The translations under genes and the position numbers were made by a program. 64,000 bases of DNA from Candidatus Omnitrophota bacterium (GTDB lineage Bacteria > Omnitrophota > Gorgyraeia > Duberdicusellales > 4484-171), in contig JBAWWL010000008.1 of assembly GCA_037146775.1 (NCBI GenBank), forward strand, positions 6,160-70,159. Reading direction: 5' to 3'. Positions 61,407 through 64,000 of the stretch are shown piece by piece. How positions within the stretch are numbered: position 1 is the first letter of the stretch; the number at the start of each line of letters is the position of its first letter. The notes below the pieces were generated by a model, which was not told the DNA's origin, did no database searches, and saw only the letters and a program-made list of their open reading frames with translations.

Positions 61407-62274
61407 AGGTTCGATGGTGGCAATCGTCACACCGTTTAAAAACGATAGCGTGGACGAAAAAGTATTTAAGAAATTGATAGAGTTCCACATTGCAAACGGC
61501 AGCTCTGCAATAGTGCCTTGTGGTACGACCGGTGAGTCGTCAACCTTAACGTATGAAGAGCATGAGCGGATTATTGAGGTTGCCATAGAAACAGCAAAGA
61601 AAAGAATCACGATCATTGCCGGAACCGGTGCTAACTCAACTCAGGAAGCCATCATGTTGACCAAACATGCAGCCGCCTCAGGCGCAGACGCAAGCCTGCA
61701 GGTTGCACCCTATTATAATCGTCCCACGCAGCAAGGGTTGTACGAACATTTTAAAGCTGTGGCTGAGTCAGTACCTATCCCGATTATCCTTTATAATATT
61801 CCTTCGCGTACCGGCGTTAACATTGAGCCGGAAACGATAGCGAGGCTGGCCGGCAAGTGCAAAAACATTGTAGCGGTAAAAGAAGCGTCGGGTAATCTCG
61901 AGCAGATGTCGCGCGTAAAGCTTTTGTGCGGTAAAACATTTGACTTGCTTTCGGGGGATGACGCCTTAACTTTACCGGTCTTAAGCATCGGCGGAACCGG
62001 AATTATTTCCGTTGTGGCTAATATTGTGCCTAAAGATGTAGCCAACTTAGTACAGGCGTTTGAGAAAGGAGATATTGCAGGTGCTATTCAATGGCACTAT
62101 AAGTTGTTGCCGCTGGTGAAGGCGATGTTTCTTGAAACAAACCCTATACCGGTAAAAACCGCCATGGGGCTTATGGGTTTATGTGAACCGGATGCACGAC
62201 TTCCGTTATGTGCAATGTCAAATGAAAACCTGGAAAAGTTGAAAAAAGCGCTTAAGGATTACGGATTATTATAG
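61399..62274 (+). CDS. dapA: 4-hydroxy-tetrahydrodipicolinate synthase
   Basis: GSMVAIVTPF...VPCGTTGES. Schiff-base Lys in VVAVKEASG. ATG at 61399 after GAGGGAGG. Confidence 0.85.
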   Translation: MFKGSMVAIVTPFKNDSVDEKVFKKLIEFHIANGSSAIVPCGTTGESSTLTYEEHERIIEVAIETAKKRITIIAGTGANSTQEAIMLTKHAAASGADASLQVAPYYNRPTQQGLYEHFKAVAESVPIPIILYNIPSRTGVNIEPETIARLAGKCKNIVAVKEASGNLEQMSRVKLLCGKTFDLLSGDDALTLPVLSIGGTGIISVVANIVPKDVANLVQAFEKGDIAGAIQWHYKLLPLVKAMFLETNPIPVKTAMGLMGLCEPDARLPLCAMSNENLEKLKKALKDYGLL

Positions 62275-62341
62275 TGTGTACCGTGCGATATATATTTCGT
62301 GGCCCGCGGCACGCAGCCTGCGGACTATAGCGAGGCATATA

Positions 62342-63070
62342 ATGATTAAAATAGGTATTTCTGGTTTTTGTGGAAAAATGGGCCAGCGTATTTTCGCCTT
62401 AGCTAAGGCTGACAAAGAATTGAAAGTTGTTCTTGGTTTGGAGGCCGCCGGCCTGGCACAGGTAGGTACAACGATAGATGGCGTAAAAGTGAGCGCTGAT
62501 GTAGGGGGCCTTAAATCCTGCGATTGTTTTATCGATTTTACCGCTCCCGGTGCAACCATTACTCATCTCGAGTTTCTGGTCGCTTCTAAGAAGCCCGCGG
62601 TTATAGGCACCACCGGCTTAGATGATGAGCAATGCGCGCTTATTGCCCGAGCGAGCAGAAAAATTCCTATTGTTTTTTCGCCGAACATGAGCGTGGGGGT
62701 AAATCTCCTGTTTCGGTTAGCCAAAACAGCCGCAGGGATATTAAAGAATTACCGTGTGCGTATCGAAGAAGCGCATCACGTACATAAAAAGGATGCGCCG
62801 TCAGGAACAGCCAAAAAAATAGCGCAAATTATCAGCGAACAGGGTGTCACAGTTAGGGGGGAGGATATAAAAGCGATTCGCGAAGGGGATATAGTGGGTG
62901 ATCATAGAATTATTTTTGAGAGCGGCGTTGATAGGTTCGAACTCTTTCACTCGGCAAAAACACGCGATATTTTTGCGCAAGGCGCTCTTATGGCTGCAAA
63001 ATGGGTGTATAAGAAAAAAGCAGGATTGTATTCGATGGACGACGTCCTGGCTTTAAAGATAAAAAATTGA
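62342..63070 (+). CDS. dapB: 4-hydroxy-tetrahydrodipicolinate reductase
   Basis: MIKIGISGFCGKMG Rossmann N-terminus. E-x-HH-x-x-K-x-DAPSGTA motif. Start moved to the internal ATG at 62342. Confidence 0.8.
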   Translation: MIKIGISGFCGKMGQRIFALAKADKELKVVLGLEAAGLAQVGTTIDGVKVSADVGGLKSCDCFIDFTAPGATITHLEFLVASKKPAVIGTTGLDDEQCALIARASRKIPIVFSPNMSVGVNLLFRLAKTAAGILKNYRVRIEEAHHVHKKDAPSGTAKKIAQIISEQGVTVRGEDIKAIREGDIVGDHRIIFESGVDRFELFHSAKTRDIFAQGALMAAKWVYKKKAGLYSMDDVLALKIKN

Positions 63071-63081
63071 GGTTAAAAAAC

Positions 63082-64000
63082 ATGAGGCAGAAGAATGCCG
63101 GAAGACAATTTGTGTTATCCGAAAAGCTCACCGCGCTACCACCGTATCTTTTTGCTGAAATTGACCGGCAAAAAAAAGAATTGAGAGAGAGGGGGGAAAG
63201 CTTCGTTGATGTGAGTATTGGCGATCCGGATATACTTGCGCCACAGAGCGTGATTGATGCGTTATCGAGGGCTTCTTCCGTAAAAGAAAATCAGAAATAT
63301 GCGCTTGACCAGGGAAAAGACGAGTTGCGTCGCTCTATCAAGGAGTGGTTTAACCGCCGTTTTGCGGTTACTCTGGATGAGAATAAAGAAATACTGCCTT
63401 TAATCGGTTCAAAGGAAGGGTTGGTACATTTTCCGCTCGCTTTCGTCAACAGGGGTGATTACGTCATTGTGCCTTCTCCGGGCTATCCCGGCTATCGCGG
63501 AGCAGCAGTTTTTGCCGCAGCCAAAATTCATGAGTTGCCGCTTGTAGCAAAAAACTCTTTTTTGCCTGATTTAGAAAAAATTCCGCTTCATGTGCGTAAG
63601 CGCGCCAAGCTGATATATATTAATTATCCGAATAATCCCACCAGCGTTATTGCGCCCAAAGCATTCTTGGAAAAATTAATTGCCTTTTGCTCTAAGTACG
63701 GAATCATTTTGGCTTATGATAACGCCTATTCCGAGATCTACTTTGAGGATAAGCCGCATAGTGTTTTTGAAATAAAGGGAGCAAAAGAAATCGCGATTGA
63801 ATTTCATTCCTTTTCAAAAACATTCTGTATGACCGGTTTTCGAGTGGGCTGGGCCTGCGGTAATGAACAGTTGGTGAAAGGCTTGTTGAAAGTGAAAACC
63901 AATATTGATTCGGGTATTTTTGGCGGGATCCAGGAAGCGGCAAAGGTTGCTCTGGATAAGGGAGATAGCTACAGCGAACATATGCGAAATACTTTCAAAG
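63082..64000 (+). CDS. dapL: LL-diaminopimelate aminotransferase (class I/II aminotransferase), partial; continues beyond window
   Basis: Open frame from the ATG at 63082 to the window end. LPPYLFAEID N-terminus. PLP Lys in SFSKTFCMTGFRVGW. Sits in the dap cluster. Confidence 0.7.
   Translation, partial: MRQKNAGRQFVLSEKLTALPPYLFAEIDRQKKELRERGESFVDVSIGDPDILAPQSVIDALSRASSVKENQKYALDQGKDELRRSIKEWFNRRFAVTLDENKEILPLIGSKEGLVHFPLAFVNRGDYVIVPSPGYPGYRGAAVFAAAKIHELPLVAKNSFLPDLEKIPLHVRKRAKLIYINYPNNPTSVIAPKAFLEKLIAFCSKYGIILAYDNAYSEIYFEDKPHSVFEIKGAKEIAIEFHSFSKTFCMTGFRVGWACGNEQLVKGLLKVKTNIDSGIFGGIQEAAKVALDKGDSYSEHMRNTFK

Overview
This is a gene-dense bacterial window of about 40% GC. Apart from one small gene at 38668-39048, every gene lies on the + strand. 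Most genes are housekeeping.

Core gene content, 5' to 3':
- 296-4462: an NSS-family sodium symporter, a class-A beta-lactamase-like serine hydrolase, an MscS channel and a YggT protein.
- 4643-13416: a complete V/A-type ATPase operon in the order stalk-C-I-K-F-E-A-B-D.
- 13456-24623: usp, ptsN, glgC, a nitroreductase, pta-ackA, a DJ-1 protein, panD, def, trxB, a flippase-like membrane protein, a NYN protein, an MBL hydrolase and corA.
- 24874-25214: a small GIY-YIG gene followed by tRNA-Glu(CUC).
- 25215-39200: an accessory-looking region just downstream of the tRNA. It holds signal-peptide proteins with little recognisable homology, a DUF2092 protein, a Gly/His-rich secreted protein, a HigB/HigA-like toxin-antitoxin pair, an outer-membrane beta-barrel, Cys-rich lipoproteins, a SagB-like nitroreductase, an FkbM methyltransferase, an ankyrin-repeat protein and a site-2 protease.
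- 39270-50663: hisF-hisI, a TrpE/PabB-family chorismate-binding enzyme, an exosortase-associated-like protein, rpsP, yajC, secDF, a short Mfd, a SurA-like protein, pdxA, rsmA, a thioesterase and a DUF192 protein.
- 50788-64000: an arginine-biosynthesis cluster (argC, argJ, argB, argD, argF, argG, argH) and a lysine (DapL-pathway) cluster (lysA, dapF, dapA, dapB, dapL; dapL runs off the window).

Main unexplained structure:
- A heptanucleotide tandem-repeat family (AGGTCAG / AAGACAG) occurs at three loci. Two copies are in-frame insertions, each a multiple of 21 nt, in hisI and dapF. The third is a pair of inverted arrays after corA.
- A roughly 250-bp structured repeat carries a TATAAT-like box, two stem-conserved hairpins and a terminator-like 3' end. 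It sits upstream of three consecutive accessory cassettes: the toxin-antitoxin pair, the outer-membrane protein and a secreted protein. It may be a multi-copy sRNA or leader element.
- A roughly 35-nt motif rich in GATTAC is shared by two intergenic sites.
- The intergenic region upstream of the MBL gene is rich in TGACAAA repeats.
- The V-ATPase C-I intergenic region has three hairpins.

No CRISPR array, integrase or transposase was recognised.
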